Shown here: positions 22,220 to 33,217 of the stretch, one piece after another
How positions within the stretch are numbered: the stretch's first letter is position 1
Layout: each line of letters begins with the position of its first letter
From: Pelagomonas calceolata
Lineage: Eukaryota
Reading direction: 5' to 3'
Assembly: GCA_918797485.1 (NCBI GenBank)
Contig: CAKKNE010000001.1
Coordinates: forward strand, 5,146,001 to 5,210,000
DNA: 64,000 nucleotides
Notes under the pieces: model-generated
Seen by the model: only the letters and a program-made list of their open reading frames with translations
Told to the model about the DNA's origin: nothing
The model's database searches: none
Program-made: the position numbers and the translations under genes

Positions 22220-23290
22220 TCATAGCTTCCGCCGCTTCTCCGCGCGCGTCTCCGTCGGCCCCGCAACAGCCGGTTCGCCACCCTCGACGGCCACGCGCCA
22301 GAGCTGGATGCCCGCGTCGGAGATGGTCTTGCCCGTGCCGCCCGCCGACGCGACGCGTGATCCCTCGGCCTTGACGCACAATATGGAATTCAGGACGCTC
22401 GCCGACGCTTCGACAGTCAAATCCTTCGAGGCGTGCGCCCTTAATCTACCATCGGCGCCCGCGCTCACGACCAGGTCGTCCACGAAGGCCAAAGCATGAA
22501 CCGCCCCTGGATTCGCGCACTCGGCGACCGGCGTTTCCATATGCCGCATGTCCCACAGCAACACCGACCCGCGCTGGTCCGCCGACGCAATTAACGGAGA
22601 TGTAGAAGACGCGGCGACGGCGTACGCTGAATTGCCGCGCCGCGCGTGGAGGTCCACGGAGTCTACACTCTCGAGTGTCCGCGCATCATTGAGACGGACG
22701 GTGCCGTCCGACACCGCCGCGACGAGTATGTCCCCCTTGCGCGCCATCGAGAAAACATAGGATTTTTGGTCCGGGTTCCGGTGGCCGCCGAAGACAATAC
22801 CATTAGGGCTCTTGACGCACGTTTCTCGCTTCAGACACGTCTCCTTCTCCACGTCCCACAGTTGCAACGTGTCGCCCGCGCCCACGGCTAGGTTCGATGT
22901 CAATGATTCGAGGCCGTAGACCTCATCCTCTTGATTCGTATCTAACGTGGCCTTCGGTCTCCCGTCATTTGGGGAGCAGACCTGCATCTTGCCCAGGGAC
23001 GAGCCCGTGATGACGGAATCGCCGTGCCAGGCGACGCGCATGAGCTCGTCTCCGTCCAACGGCGCGAGCTGCTTCCCTTCACCAATGGACCAGACGAAGC
23101 CGCCGACCTGGCCGACGGACGCGAGGCGGTCGTCCGAGCCCCAGGCCACGTCATACACGCGGTCGCTGTGGCCGTCTAACCTAGATTCGCGCTTGAGCAC
23201 GACCTGCGGCGACGGCGCGGGGGCGGACGGCGCGCAGCCCGCGCAGTACCGCGCCTCGCAGGCGGCGTAGCAGATCTCGCAGTAGCCCAT
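22220..23290 (-). CDS. WD40-repeat protein with N-terminal Cys cluster
   Basis: GHSDRVYDVAW, SADQRGSVLLWD, SAGADGRL; N-terminal CEIC..C...C..C. Confidence 0.8.
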   Translation of the reverse strand: MGYCEICYAACEARYCAGCAPSAPAPSPQVVLKRESRLDGHSDRVYDVAWGSDDRLASVGQVGGFVWSIGEGKQLAPLDGDELMRVAWHGDSVITGSSLGKMQVCSPNDGRPKATLDTNQEDEVYGLESLTSNLAVGAGDTLQLWDVEKETCLKRETCVKSPNGIVFGGHRNPDQKSYVFSMARKGDILVAAVSDGTVRLNDARTLESVDSVDLHARRGNSAYAVAASSTSPLIASADQRGSVLLWDMRHMETPVAECANPGAVHALAFVDDLVVSAGADGRLRAHASKDLTVEASASVLNSILCVKAEGSRVASAGGTGKTISDAGIQLWRVAVEGGEPAVAGPTETRAEKRRKL

Positions 23291-23484
23291 GGAAACCCCC
23301 GCGGCGGGCAGCTGGATAACTTTTAGGCTGCGCGGCCGTGCGAACGGATGCCCAGATTCCCTTCACTGTCGAGAAGGCGTCCAACGATACGGTTCTGTGC
23401 AGCATCTATGCAGCCTTGAGGTCCGGTGAGCGACCGCGCTTTTTAAATCCAAACGCCGAAACTCTTGCTGAAAAAAACAGCGAG

Positions 23485-23507
23485 CTAGCGTCGCATTGAC
23501 ACACTAG
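23485..23507 (-). promoter_or_regulatory. CTAG-box
   Basis: CTAGCGTCGCATTGACACACTAG between divergent genes. Confidence 0.5.
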
Positions 23508-23653
23508 GCTCACGACGCGGCGGCTTTATCGATCGATAACTCCAGCACGAGCCGCCCAAATTGGTCCATATTTGCGCTGCTTGATCATACGTATAATACG
23601 CTGCAACGAGTGCATAAGCGAGCCAGCAGTAATTGGCCGCGGCGCGACGCACC

Positions 23654-24781
23654 ATGGCCTCCCACGTCGCCGCAGCAGACGACGCCGACGCGCTGCGCAA
23701 CAAAGCTGTCACCGAATTCGCAGCCGTCATCGCGACGCTCGACGGCGTGGAGTTGGACGCGAGCGAGGGCGACGCCCTCAAAAAGATGAAGCGCGGCGCC
23801 GCGCTGCGGGGCGTCATGGCCGCGAAGGGCTGCGACAAACCGGAAACGCTCGAGACCATGGCGCGCGAGTGGGTCGGCGGCATGTTGGTGGCCACGTACG
23901 CGCTCGAGAAGGCGGCGTCCAGTCGACGGTTCGTGCAGCAGGGTGATAGAGAACTGGTCAGTACATTAAACAAGTGCTACGACGCCACATCAACGTGGGC
24001 CGAGACGCACCTCGTGGCAGCTTTGGGCCTCACCAAGAAAACAAATGATGAAGAGGAGCAGCGGCCCTCGTGCGAGGCCCGGCCCGACCCGGTGCCCGAG
24101 GCGGAGGCTAGAAGGTTGGTGAACGAGGCCTTGCGGCGGGGCACGGCGCAGTTCGAGGACTACGCGGGCGACGACCCCGCGCCGGCTGCATTGGCGCTGC
24201 AGACGGACACGTGGGAGGCCTTGAATTGGCGCCGGGGGGCCCTCGCTTATTATGTGACGGCCACCGTCTGCGGCCTGGGCAAAGGCAACCCGTCGTCCGA
24301 CGAGTTATCTAAAAGTGCTGTAGCAGTCAGAGACGAGCTCGAGGCCGGCATCGCAGCGATCGGGCGGGTCCTCGACGCGCGGGGCGGCGATTCGTTGCAC
24401 TCGGACCTGAAACCGGCGACCCAGGCGACGGATTATGGTGTGTGGAGCACGACCCACTTGTTAGGAATGGCCTACGCCGGCGAGCAGGCCTACATCCTGT
24501 GGCTGCTCGACGACAGCGAGGACTGGCGACGACTCGCGTTGGTGCTGTTGCACCGCTACGTGTATGTGGTTGAGGTGCTGATGGTCGGGTGCGGCTGGTC
24601 CGTGAAGCGGCCGAAGGAGTTATTGGGGTTGCTCGGCGGGCGCAAGGCCGTCGAGTCTTGTTTAGCTAAGGAGTGGGGCGCGGACGAGGCCATCGCCAAG
24701 GAGCTGAAGCGCCTCGGCCTCGGGGACGCGTCTTCGGAGAAGAAGCCGTCGGGAGGGCGGCGGAAGAAGAAGGGGAGGTAA
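23654..24781 (+). CDS. RIMOC1/C5orf51-like protein
   Basis: EALNWRRGALAYY, GVWSTTHLLGMAYAGEQAY and LHRYV....GWS....ELL resemble C5orf51 motifs recalled from memory. Confidence 0.55.
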   Translation: MASHVAAADDADALRNKAVTEFAAVIATLDGVELDASEGDALKKMKRGAALRGVMAAKGCDKPETLETMAREWVGGMLVATYALEKAASSRRFVQQGDRELVSTLNKCYDATSTWAETHLVAALGLTKKTNDEEEQRPSCEARPDPVPEAEARRLVNEALRRGTAQFEDYAGDDPAPAALALQTDTWEALNWRRGALAYYVTATVCGLGKGNPSSDELSKSAVAVRDELEAGIAAIGRVLDARGGDSLHSDLKPATQATDYGVWSTTHLLGMAYAGEQAYILWLLDDSEDWRRLALVLLHRYVYVVEVLMVGCGWSVKRPKELLGLLGGRKAVESCLAKEWGADEAIAKELKRLGLGDASSEKKPSGGRRKKKGR

Positions 24782-24794
24782 TACTGTTGTCTTA

Positions 24795-26150
24795 CTAGAT
24801 TGTTTCGGCGTCCGAGTCCGCGCCGGCCGCCCGGATGGACCGGTCATCGTCCCGAGGCGCAAAAACAAGGTCACGGCCGGACCTTCGGCCGTCGAGCTTG
24901 ACCTGGTAGGGGGCGAAGACGCCGGGCTCCCAGTCAGACTCGCGGTAGTGATGGCGCACGACAGTCCCTTCTAAAAATTTTGCCTCGACTTTGCATTCCA
25001 CACGTGCACCTACTTTGAAGCGCGGGGCCGGGAGTGTAGCCAGCATTTCGCGGGCGCGGAGGGTTTCTCGTGCTTCACGCAGGGACCCCGCCATCAAACA
25101 CGCGTTTGGGTGCGCGCCACCGAGCACGCGCCGCGCGATCCGTTCCGCGTCCTCGAGCGTCGTCACGGCCTCGCGGAGATCGTCGAGCGTGGCGCCGTTG
25201 TTCATGACTAGCGACCCCGCGTAACTTCTCCTCATCTTGAGCGTGATATTATCACTCTCACCAAGAACGCGTCGCGCCACTGGTATCGTTCTGCGCAACA
25301 GCGACTTGGCTTCTTCAAAGCGCTTGAGGCTACTAAGGGACGCCGCGTAGTTGTTGGCGGCTATGAGGGCTGAGCTGTGCTCCTCGCCACTGAACTTCAG
25401 CCAGCCGGAGTATACGTCTCGCAGCATAGAGTTGGCCTGTTCAAACCGCCCAAGCTTCTGATACGTGTTCGCAAGATTTGTCTGCGAGATAAGAATATCA
25501 TTTTCTGATGTACCATGCCGCCGCTCTATAGACAGCTCGGCCTCTCTCACGGACAACGCGTCCTCGTCGTGCCCTGCTGCTGATAAACCGTTCCCAAGCA
25601 TCATCATCGCGGAACTCCGAGCCCAGTCCCCCTCCGGCCGACCCAGGTACGTCTTCCAGCACGCCCACCCGAACGCGCATTTCACGACGCCGTGGTATTC
25701 CTGCTCGCACAGACTGCACGTGTGCCACCGATGCCACTGGTTGTCGTCCAAGTTGTTCTCCTCCGCCTCCGCGACCAAAATCTTCGCCTGCTCCGCCAAG
25801 CACGACACGTGCGCAAACCCTGCCGTCCCGCGGCACGCGCACCCGCGCACGAGGCCCTCCTTCGTCTTCCAGTGGAGGGCCTGGGTGCAGATGAAGCACG
25901 TCTGGCCTTTCGTGTCGTCCGCGCATTTCTCGACCGCGACCGCAACCGCCTCAGCGTACTTCTTATTTGCGTTGTATTGTTCGGCTCCGCCTCCTTTTTT
26001 TATCAATTTGCAGAGCTTGTCGTGCCCACCCTCCTTCCAGTGCTGCACCTGGCATTCGGGCCCGCAGTAGCGTGTACTGCAGCGGCCGCATTTCTTGCCC
26101 ATGGTTAAGCCAAGCTCGGTGGCACAGACGGCGCATTTTGTGAGATACAT
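24795..26150 (-). CDS. MYND zinc finger + RING-variant + TPR protein with C-terminal SH3-like domain
   Basis: CAVC..CGRC...YCGPECQ..HW...H..LC (MYND); CFIC...GCACRG...HVSCL...CSLC (RINGv); kinesin-light-chain-like TPRs; FKVGARVEC...PYQVKLD tail. Confidence 0.85.
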   Translation of the reverse strand: MYLTKCAVCATELGLTMGKKCGRCSTRYCGPECQVQHWKEGGHDKLCKLIKKGGGAEQYNANKKYAEAVAVAVEKCADDTKGQTCFICTQALHWKTKEGLVRGCACRGTAGFAHVSCLAEQAKILVAEAEENNLDDNQWHRWHTCSLCEQEYHGVVKCAFGWACWKTYLGRPEGDWARSSAMMMLGNGLSAAGHDEDALSVREAELSIERRHGTSENDILISQTNLANTYQKLGRFEQANSMLRDVYSGWLKFSGEEHSSALIAANNYAASLSSLKRFEEAKSLLRRTIPVARRVLGESDNITLKMRRSYAGSLVMNNGATLDDLREAVTTLEDAERIARRVLGGAHPNACLMAGSLREARETLRAREMLATLPAPRFKVGARVECKVEAKFLEGTVVRHHYRESDWEPGVFAPYQVKLDGRRSGRDLVFAPRDDDRSIRAAGADSDAETI

Positions 26151-26213
26151 GGGGGCAGCTATATGCTCCTGGTGACACGCGCGCACGATGGATTTGCGCC
26201 GCAGGCTGATGAG

Positions 26214-26235
26214 CTAGTGTGTTACGACACGCTAG
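26214..26235 (+). promoter_or_regulatory. CTAG-box
   Basis: CTAGTGTGTTACGACACGCTAG between divergent genes. Confidence 0.6.
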
Positions 26236-26268
26236 GCATTAACCTTCAAGCGCAGCGGCCAGGACTTC

Positions 26269-26553
26269 TTGTCTGACCCACAGTGGGACCGCAGACGGAT
26301 ACGCACCCGTCCAAACAGCTCCCAGCGGCCCACCGCCGCGATCAGCCTCTTTGGCGGGCGTGACATCGAGCCGCTGCTAGAGGAAACGCCCCAGAGCACG
26401 CCGTCGGTGCGTGAGGCGCCCCCGCCATCGATGGGCCTCGGCGATATACTGCTCTACGCCTTCTGCGCCTTTATTGTGGGAGTATTCGTCTTTAACCTTG
26501 TCGATACCGCCCAGACCGCGAAACGCAAAATAGCGGCAAAAAAGCATGATTAA
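26269..26553 (+). CDS. Small single-TM ORF; first in-frame ATG at 26431; overlaps GNAT start
   Basis: ILLYAFCAFIVGVFVFNLV TM segment followed by a basic tail; 5' end unclear. Confidence 0.35.
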   Translation: MSDPQWDRRRIRTRPNSSQRPTAAISLFGGRDIEPLLEETPQSTPSVREAPPPSMGLGDILLYAFCAFIVGVFVFNLVDTAQTAKRKIAAKKHD

Positions 26554-27049
26554 GCTCCTCCTGATCACGAGCGCCGTGGCCATGGCGCCGCGCGCCAGTC
26601 GCCCGAAGAAGATCCGAGGCGTGCGCGAGGACCGCTGGTCCTTCGACGTCCTCACGAAGTGGAAAAAAGAGGGCGAGCACGCGCAGATCGTGGCCACGGA
26701 CGCGAGAGGAGAGGTCGGCTGGTTCGAAGTGTTGCGGAGTCGAGGCGGCAACGTCCTCCACGCGCCTCTCAAGGATGAACCAGTGGTAGAGCGCGCGTTT
26801 GGGACCAACGTCATGACGGAGCCGGAAGTTCGGAGAAAAGGCGTCGCGACGGCGTTGTTCCATAGAGCGGAGGAGATCGTCCGCGAGTGGGACCTCCAAG
26901 AATTTCTGTTAACGTGCGTGAAGCACCACGAGCCGTCCTACAATTTATATAGGAAGCTGGGCTTCGAAGAAGTCGATGCCGAGATAGCCAAGGACTCGGA
27001 CTCCGTCATGATGCGCAAGTTCGTGCCGACGCCGACGCGTACCGACTGA
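26546..27049 (+). CDS. GNAT family acetyltransferase with signal peptide
   Basis: Motif A TNVMTEPEVRRKGVATALF and motif B SYNLYRKLGF. Confidence 0.85.
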   Translation: MIKLLLITSAVAMAPRASRPKKIRGVREDRWSFDVLTKWKKEGEHAQIVATDARGEVGWFEVLRSRGGNVLHAPLKDEPVVERAFGTNVMTEPEVRRKGVATALFHRAEEIVREWDLQEFLLTCVKHHEPSYNLYRKLGFEEVDAEIAKDSDSVMMRKFVPTPTRTD

Positions 27050-27534
27050 GTCGTCCTCCCCCCTTTTGTAAGCAAGATTTGTCCCTCGTAGTCTTGTTGG
27101 TCGCGTGCGCGCGTCGACGGACGTTCGCGACTGCCCCAAACCAGCCGAGATCGCCCTATTCGTAGCTGCGGGCCAGTTGCCGTCCGGAACCGGTGCTTTC
27201 GGATGGTTTTGCACCTGCTCGCAGCGACCCCCCTACTAGCTCCGCCAGCTTCAGAGACGAGCGTGCCATTTTGTCTGCGAGTCTGGTTGGCCGCTCTCCG
27301 CGAGCGCAGGGCAACGAAGCTGTGGAAAGTCATTGCCGAACAAGTGCTGTGGCCCTGAGGCCTCCCCGACTCCCGCCGCGCCGTGGTTTTGTCATAAATT
27401 GGCTCACAGCTCAGCTGCCACTAATTCGGGCGCGCAAGTCGCTGCGCGACAGGTGACGCCCGATAGCAGCGCTCATAGATATAGAAACTATCCGTTTCAA
27501 AGAAATCGTCGGAAAAAGCAACACTAACAGCACC

Positions 27535-30500
27535 ATGGCGAGCGACGGCGACCAGACCCGCGCGCGCGGCGCCGAGTTCACGACCAAGCCCCTGTTCATG
27601 GTGACAAGACGACATCAACAGTGGCAGCAGCCCCAGGACTGTCCTCTACTCATAGAACGCGTCGATGACGTCCAGGAAACACCGAGTGATTTCACGTCGT
27701 TTCAGCGCCAAGGCTTGAGGCAATTACAACAAAACGCGTCCAGAACGCAATTAGGCCAGCCCTATCCTCTCCCGGATCCGCAGAACGCGCGCTTCCCGCC
27801 CTGGTTCGCGTCCTTGCCGTCGCACGATGTTCTCGACGTCGACCAATATCACGCGCCCTGGCGCCACCCGCACAAGTGCAAGGAGACGCGAGCGCTTGAG
27901 CGGGAAGAACGTCGTAGAAGGACGGACCAGGAGGACTGGAGAAGGCGGACCCAAGCGAAGTTTATGAGGCAGCTCCTCGCGCATCGAGAAGACGTGATGA
28001 AACGGGGTCGAGCGACGCGTGCGGACGCGGCGCGGTGCGCGCGCGGCTGCAAGCAGAAATTAGCGCAGGAGGAACGAGGTCGCGAAGCGGAGGAGACGCG
28101 GACCGCTAGGAAGCGGTTGCAAGCTCTCCGAGCTCATGACATGGCCTCGTATGCAAAGCTAGTAGAGGAAGCAAAAAATCACCGCCTCAAGTTTTTACTG
28201 GAGCAGACCGATGGATATATACGACAGATCACGTCCCAAGTCAGTTCTTTGAGACGGGAGGAGGAAGGTCTCGAGAGACGCGCCAAGGAACGCAAGGCTG
28301 CCAAGGAAGGGACTTCACTAGATACGGAAGAAAAACGGGAGGAGAACGGGTTTGCGATTGACAATGATGAGGAGCATAGGGACGCGACGAAGGACTACTA
28401 CAAGGTGACGCACGCTGTTGGGGAAGAGGTCCGCCAGCCGAAATGTTTAGTAGGGGGTCGCCTGAAGGAGTACCAGTTGGCGGGCCTGACCTGGCTTGTA
28501 AGTCTGCACAATAATAGGTTAAATGGCATCTTGGCCGACGAGATGGGTCTCGGGAAAACCATACAAACTATAGCATTGTTGGCTCATCTTTTGGAGCGGG
28601 GCGTGCCGGGGCCGTTTTTGGTCGTGGCTCCTCTCTCGACCTTGTCGAACTGGTCGCACGAGTTCGCGAAGTGGTCCTTGGCCAGTGTCCTTTTCATCGT
28701 CGCGGCGCCGCGTCGACATGAGAGTCCATGCGTCTCGTGAGATGGCCGCGGCGTCGCGTCGACGGCGTGCGGGGGAACCGCTCGAGAGACGCCGTCGACG
28801 CGACCCTCATGTTATACAACGCAGGGCGCCCGCCATGACCGTTTTAACCTACAAGGGCCCACCATCAGCAAGGAAGGAGGCCCAGAAGGAATTGGCATCG
28901 TTATACACGAACGACGCCGGCAGACGTAGAAGAGGCGGCGTCGCCGCGGCCGCGGCCGCGAGGGAAGCCTCGAAGCAAGGCTCGCGCCAGCTCAACGTCC
29001 TCCTCACGACCTACGAATATGTGATGAGAGATCGAGCCGTCCTCAGACGCGTCGGCTGGGAGTATATCGTCGTAGACGAGGGCCATCGGATGAAAAATGC
29101 CTCTTCCAAGTTCGCCCAAACATTAGGTAATATGTACACGGCGAAACGACGACTTCTACTCACCGGAACACCTCTGCAGAACTCGTTACCAGAATTATGG
29201 GCGTTACTCAACTTCCTACTACCGTCAATATTCAGCAGTGTCGATACGTTTGAGGGCTGGTTCAACAAGCCCTTCTCGCAGTTCGGGAGCCACGGTTCTG
29301 AGGAGGAGGCCGTGGGCCTGGCCCATGAAGAGCGGATGCTCGTTATTCACAGACTGCACGAGGTGCTGCGGCCTTTTGTTCTTAGAAGGGTCAAGTCGGC
29401 AGTACTAGGTCAGCTCCCGGAGAAGGTCGAGAAAGTTTTACGAGTCGACTTAACGGCGTGGCAGCAGGTCCTCTACGAGCAGATACGACAGACCGGTGTG
29501 CAAAAAAGAGATTCTCCTAGAAACGGCGACGTCGCCGCGCCTCCTATTTCAAGAGGTTTAAATAATGTACTGATGCAGCTGCGAAAAGTGTGCAACCACC
29601 CCTTCTTGTTTCGGAGCGACGCCTGGACCGTTGATGAAAGTCTCATTCGCTCGTCAGGCAAGTTTCTACTCTTAGACAGCATGCTCCCAAAGCTCAAAGC
29701 GGCGGGCCATCGCGTCCTACTCTTCAGCCAGATGACTGCGCTCATGGATCTATTGGAAGATTTCTTCCGATATCGCTCCTACGAGTTTCTGCGGCTCGAT
29801 GGGAGTACGGCCGCGGACGAACGAGAAAGGAGGATGGCGCGGTTCAACGACCCCTCGTCGCCGGCCTTTGTGTTCCTCCTCTCAACAAGAGCAGGTGGTC
29901 TAGGATTAAACCTCGCATCCGCAGATACAGTAGTCATCTTCGACAGCGACTGGAACCCGATGATGGACGCGCAGGCGCAAGATCGGGCCCATCGCATCGG
30001 CCAGAAGAACGACGTGAGGGTCTTTCGGTTGTGTTCGACGTCTCCCGTGGAAGAAAGGATTCTACAACGCGCCACGGATAAGCTCAACATGAATTCTTTG
30101 GTAGTGGAGGCCGGCCAATTTTCTCGAGATTCCAAGGCCGACGAGCGACGGCAGATGGTCGAGGAGCTGCTCAAGGAGTACCAGGAACCGTCCGACGAGT
30201 CCAACGACGAGGACAAGAAGGATAACATTCGGGACGATTTATGCGAGGCGATGGCCGCGTCGAGCGACGAGATCGCTCTCTATAGATCCGTGGACGCGAG
30301 ACGAGAAGCTTTGACGCCGTATTCGAACGAAGAAGTCCCGGCATGGGTGCGCGCGGGCTGCGACGGCGCCGACGCGGCCGCGCTGGAGCGCGCCCAGGCG
30401 AAGACGCAATCTAGGTCGGATTTTGGGGATTTCTCGGGCGATCCGTCCCAGCGGCGCGCGCGGTCGAAGAAGCGCGACTACGCGGGCATGTCCGATCGAA

Positions 30501-30601
30501 GCTTCATGAAGCTCATCCAGGGGGGGGCTTCGGTTGGGTACGAGCCCGTCGGGAGCGACGACGGCGCGATGCGTATCAAGCTGAAGAAGCGGAGGCCTTA
30601 A
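27535..30601 (+). CDS. SNF2: SWI/SNF ATPase of the SNF2/BRM (SMARCA2/4) type; exons 27535-28673 and 28825-30601
   Basis: HSA/post-HSA region, [46 protein letters not shown] intron 28674-28824 gives EFAKWAPAM. Confidence 0.9.
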
Positions 30602-30616
30602 GTGTACTTAGTGTAT

Positions 30617-30811
30617 TTACCATACGTCGGCGGGCCCTCCGAACCGCTGATCCAGAAACACGTGGGGCGGGGTTCTTCCAGTGTTGCCGACGATCAGGAG
30701 GAAGATCAATCTCGAAACCCACGACGCCGCCGTGCCCACAATGGCATCGCAGGAACCGAGCACCTCGAGGTCCGCGACGATCGACGCATAGGTCAAGAGG
30801 GGGGGTAACAC
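30617..30811 (-). pseudogene. C-terminal fragment of an alpha-1,6-fucosyltransferase-like (GT23) gene
   Basis: IVADLEVLGSCDAIVGTAASWVSRL matches the GT23 C-terminal motif; in-frame stop immediately upstream. Confidence 0.5.
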
Positions 30812-30845
30812 GCGCGCGCGGAATTTTTAGGAGGTGTCTGCCGGC

Positions 30846-30913
30846 CGAAATGATAGTTAGTTAATTAATAATATTCCTATGGGTGCACCCAGCCCTATGT
30901 TTGATTTCCACCC
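30846..30913 (+). mobile_element. Degenerate introner 3' end
   Basis: GAAATGA..TTAG...GGGTGCACCC...TTGATTTCCAC resembles the 3' end (38023-38081) of the intact introner. Confidence 0.4.
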
Positions 30914-31186
30914 TGATTCCCGCGACGTGAACTTGTCTAAGAAGCTCGCGGTTGCGCCGACGAGTAGAATTATGAGGGCTCCTTTTAGAGTCCTTGACGG
31001 CATTATCGATGCGCATTTGCTGATCCGACGCGAGCGTGGCAGCCTCCAGTAGGGTTATAGACTTGTGTATGAGAGTTGTCACTTACGCTAGACAGGCGCT
31101 TCGCGTGATTATCGCACACGAGGCATGTCCCACGCCCCTGTTTCTGTCGAAAACTCCACCCAAAGCGCCCGACGCGTAAAATCGAG

Positions 31187-31208
31187 CTAGCGGCCTATAA
31201 GACACTAG
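31187..31208 (-). promoter_or_regulatory. CTAG-box
   Basis: CTAGCGGCCTATAAGACACTAG ~95 bp upstream of ATG 31302. Confidence 0.6.
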
Positions 31209-31301
31209 GAACAAGCAAGCCAGGAGCAAAGCTGCCTATTTTGGCCGCATAGATCGCATAGACGCAAAAGGACTGCCATCCGGGGGCGCAGCGCAGCACT
31301 C

Positions 31302-32423
31302 ATGGCTCAGCCACTCATCCTCCGCGTGAAACGCGCGCGCGAGGAGGACGCCACCCCCGAAACGCTGGTCGTCGCGGCGCCGCCGTCGAAACGGAGGACG
31401 CTGGACCAATCGCTGGCGGCCCTGTCCACGGAGCAACCGCAGAACGTGCTCCACCGCTTCCGTAAATTGGAAAATGCGCCGGTCAGCGGCTACGCCGAGG
31501 CGGCCGCGCGGAAGCTCGCGTTGCAAGCGCTGAAGGATCGGAAGAAGCGGCGGAGAGCTAGTGAAGACGCGAAACCCCAGGAAACGAAACGAGCGGCTCT
31601 GCGGGCCGTCGACGCGAACGGCTGTCTGGACCTCGTTCTCGACGACGCGGAGCCGAAGCTGCCGCCGCCGCCGCCGCCGCCGTCGCCGACGAAAAGAAAT
31701 GCGGTGCTGTCGCCCATGGCCCGTCGACTAGACGAGGCGATCGTGTCTGCGTGCCGAGTCCCGTACCAGCCCGGCGCGCTCGAGGCGATGATCAACCTGG
31801 TCGCGGAAAACGCGCACGGCTCCGGCGCGAATTTTATGAGGCCGGCCGACGGCGCGACGCCGCTGCACGCGGCGGCCTTCGTCGGCGACGCCCAGGCCTG
31901 CCGCGCGTTGCTGTCGCTGGGCGCGGACCCGGCGCTCGCCGACGCGCACGGCCTGACGCCCTACGCGCTTGCAAAAAAGCGGTCCGGGGAGAACTGCGCT
32001 TCCCTGCTAGAGGACGCGCTGCAGAACCGCGACGCGGCCTACGACTACTACTACCTGGACGCGGTCAAGCGCGGCGATTCCACAGAAGCGGGCATCGCGC
32101 TCGAGAAGGCCGTCGCCGACGCGCTCGGGCAGGGCGCGGCCGTGGTCCCGGCCTGCGGCGAGACCTGGACGGAGTGCGACGGCTACGTTTTGGACGACGG
32201 GGCGGCGTCCTCCGACGGCGAGCCGGACTACGACAGCAACGCCGAGGACGCGCCGGCGAACGACTACCCGGACGAGGACGAGGACCCCTGGTGTCGCGAG
32301 GACGACGAGGTTTTCGACGACTCGGAGGACGAGGGCGCGCCGCGCTTCGAGGCCGTCCAGCCTGCGTGGGCCGAGGACCACCCGGATTGTTTGGCTACGC
32401 CGTGTGAGGTCGCACAATATTAA
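31302..32423 (+). CDS. IWR1: IWR1/SLC7A6OS-like RNA polymerase II nuclear import factor with internal ankyrin repeat
   Basis: N-terminal ILRVKR, YDYYYLD, DSNAED...NDYPDE signature; GATPLHAAAFVGD ankyrin. Confidence 0.7.
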   Translation: MAQPLILRVKRAREEDATPETLVVAAPPSKRRTLDQSLAALSTEQPQNVLHRFRKLENAPVSGYAEAAARKLALQALKDRKKRRRASEDAKPQETKRAALRAVDANGCLDLVLDDAEPKLPPPPPPPSPTKRNAVLSPMARRLDEAIVSACRVPYQPGALEAMINLVAENAHGSGANFMRPADGATPLHAAAFVGDAQACRALLSLGADPALADAHGLTPYALAKKRSGENCASLLEDALQNRDAAYDYYYLDAVKRGDSTEAGIALEKAVADALGQGAAVVPACGETWTECDGYVLDDGAASSDGEPDYDSNAEDAPANDYPDEDEDPWCREDDEVFDDSEDEGAPRFEAVQPAWAEDHPDCLATPCEVAQY

Positions 32424-32487
32424 GTTTGATCGTTAGTCGCAAATGGGCCTTCACGAGAGGGCTCAGCGGGGATCCTGAGAGGATATC

Positions 32488-33217
32488 CTACGCGTGTGTT
32501 TTATTTGCTCGGCCTCCCGCCCGCACGCAGTACCGACCGTCGAGACCCACATTCACCGTGAGGTCGTAGCCGTCGACGTCTTGCGATCGGGCCCACTGGC
32601 CGAGGCAATTCCACATCGTCTTTCGCATCGCATATAAGACGCCGCCCTTGTACTGCGCCAGGACGCGGTCCGTCCAATGGCGCCGGAGGACACTTAAGTC
32701 CGCGGTCATCTTGATCCGCGTCGTGCCGCACCCGGAGCACTGCTTTCTGCACGTGTCGACGTGCCGAACCTTGAAGGTGTTATCAACGAAGGGTCCGTGC
32801 AGTCGCAATTGCTCCTCGAACCTGCGCGGGACGGACCGTTCGACGCCGTCGAGGCGCCACGAAGTTCCACACGGCCACGCACGTGTCCCACTCGCGCGGC
32901 ACGGGGTAACAAGCATGTTCGACAGTGCCCAACTTTATGTTGCGCAAGAGCGTCGACTTGCCGACGCCGCTCATGCCGCAAAGGAGCACGTCGCATTCGC
33001 CATCATCGGCGTGGTACCGGAACGTCGCACCCGGCACTTTGGTCGTCGTGGAATTCGGCTTGGGATTGGTAGAAGAACCGTTGCCGTGGGAGCTGCTGAT
33101 GAGCGCCCGTGGCGACGCGCCGCGGAGCCGCCGGGCGCCACGGTTCTCGAGTGTGTAGAACAGAAGATATACAACCGCGCCGCCGCAGCAGAGGAGGCCA
33201 GTCAGGTAGCGCCGCAT
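32488..33217 (-). CDS. Type II membrane P-loop protein; exons 33217-32883 and 32821-32488
   Basis: N-terminal TM, Walker A GMSGVGKST; 61-nt GT-AG intron 32822-32882 joins two ORFs (EWDT|FEEQ). Confidence 0.6.
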
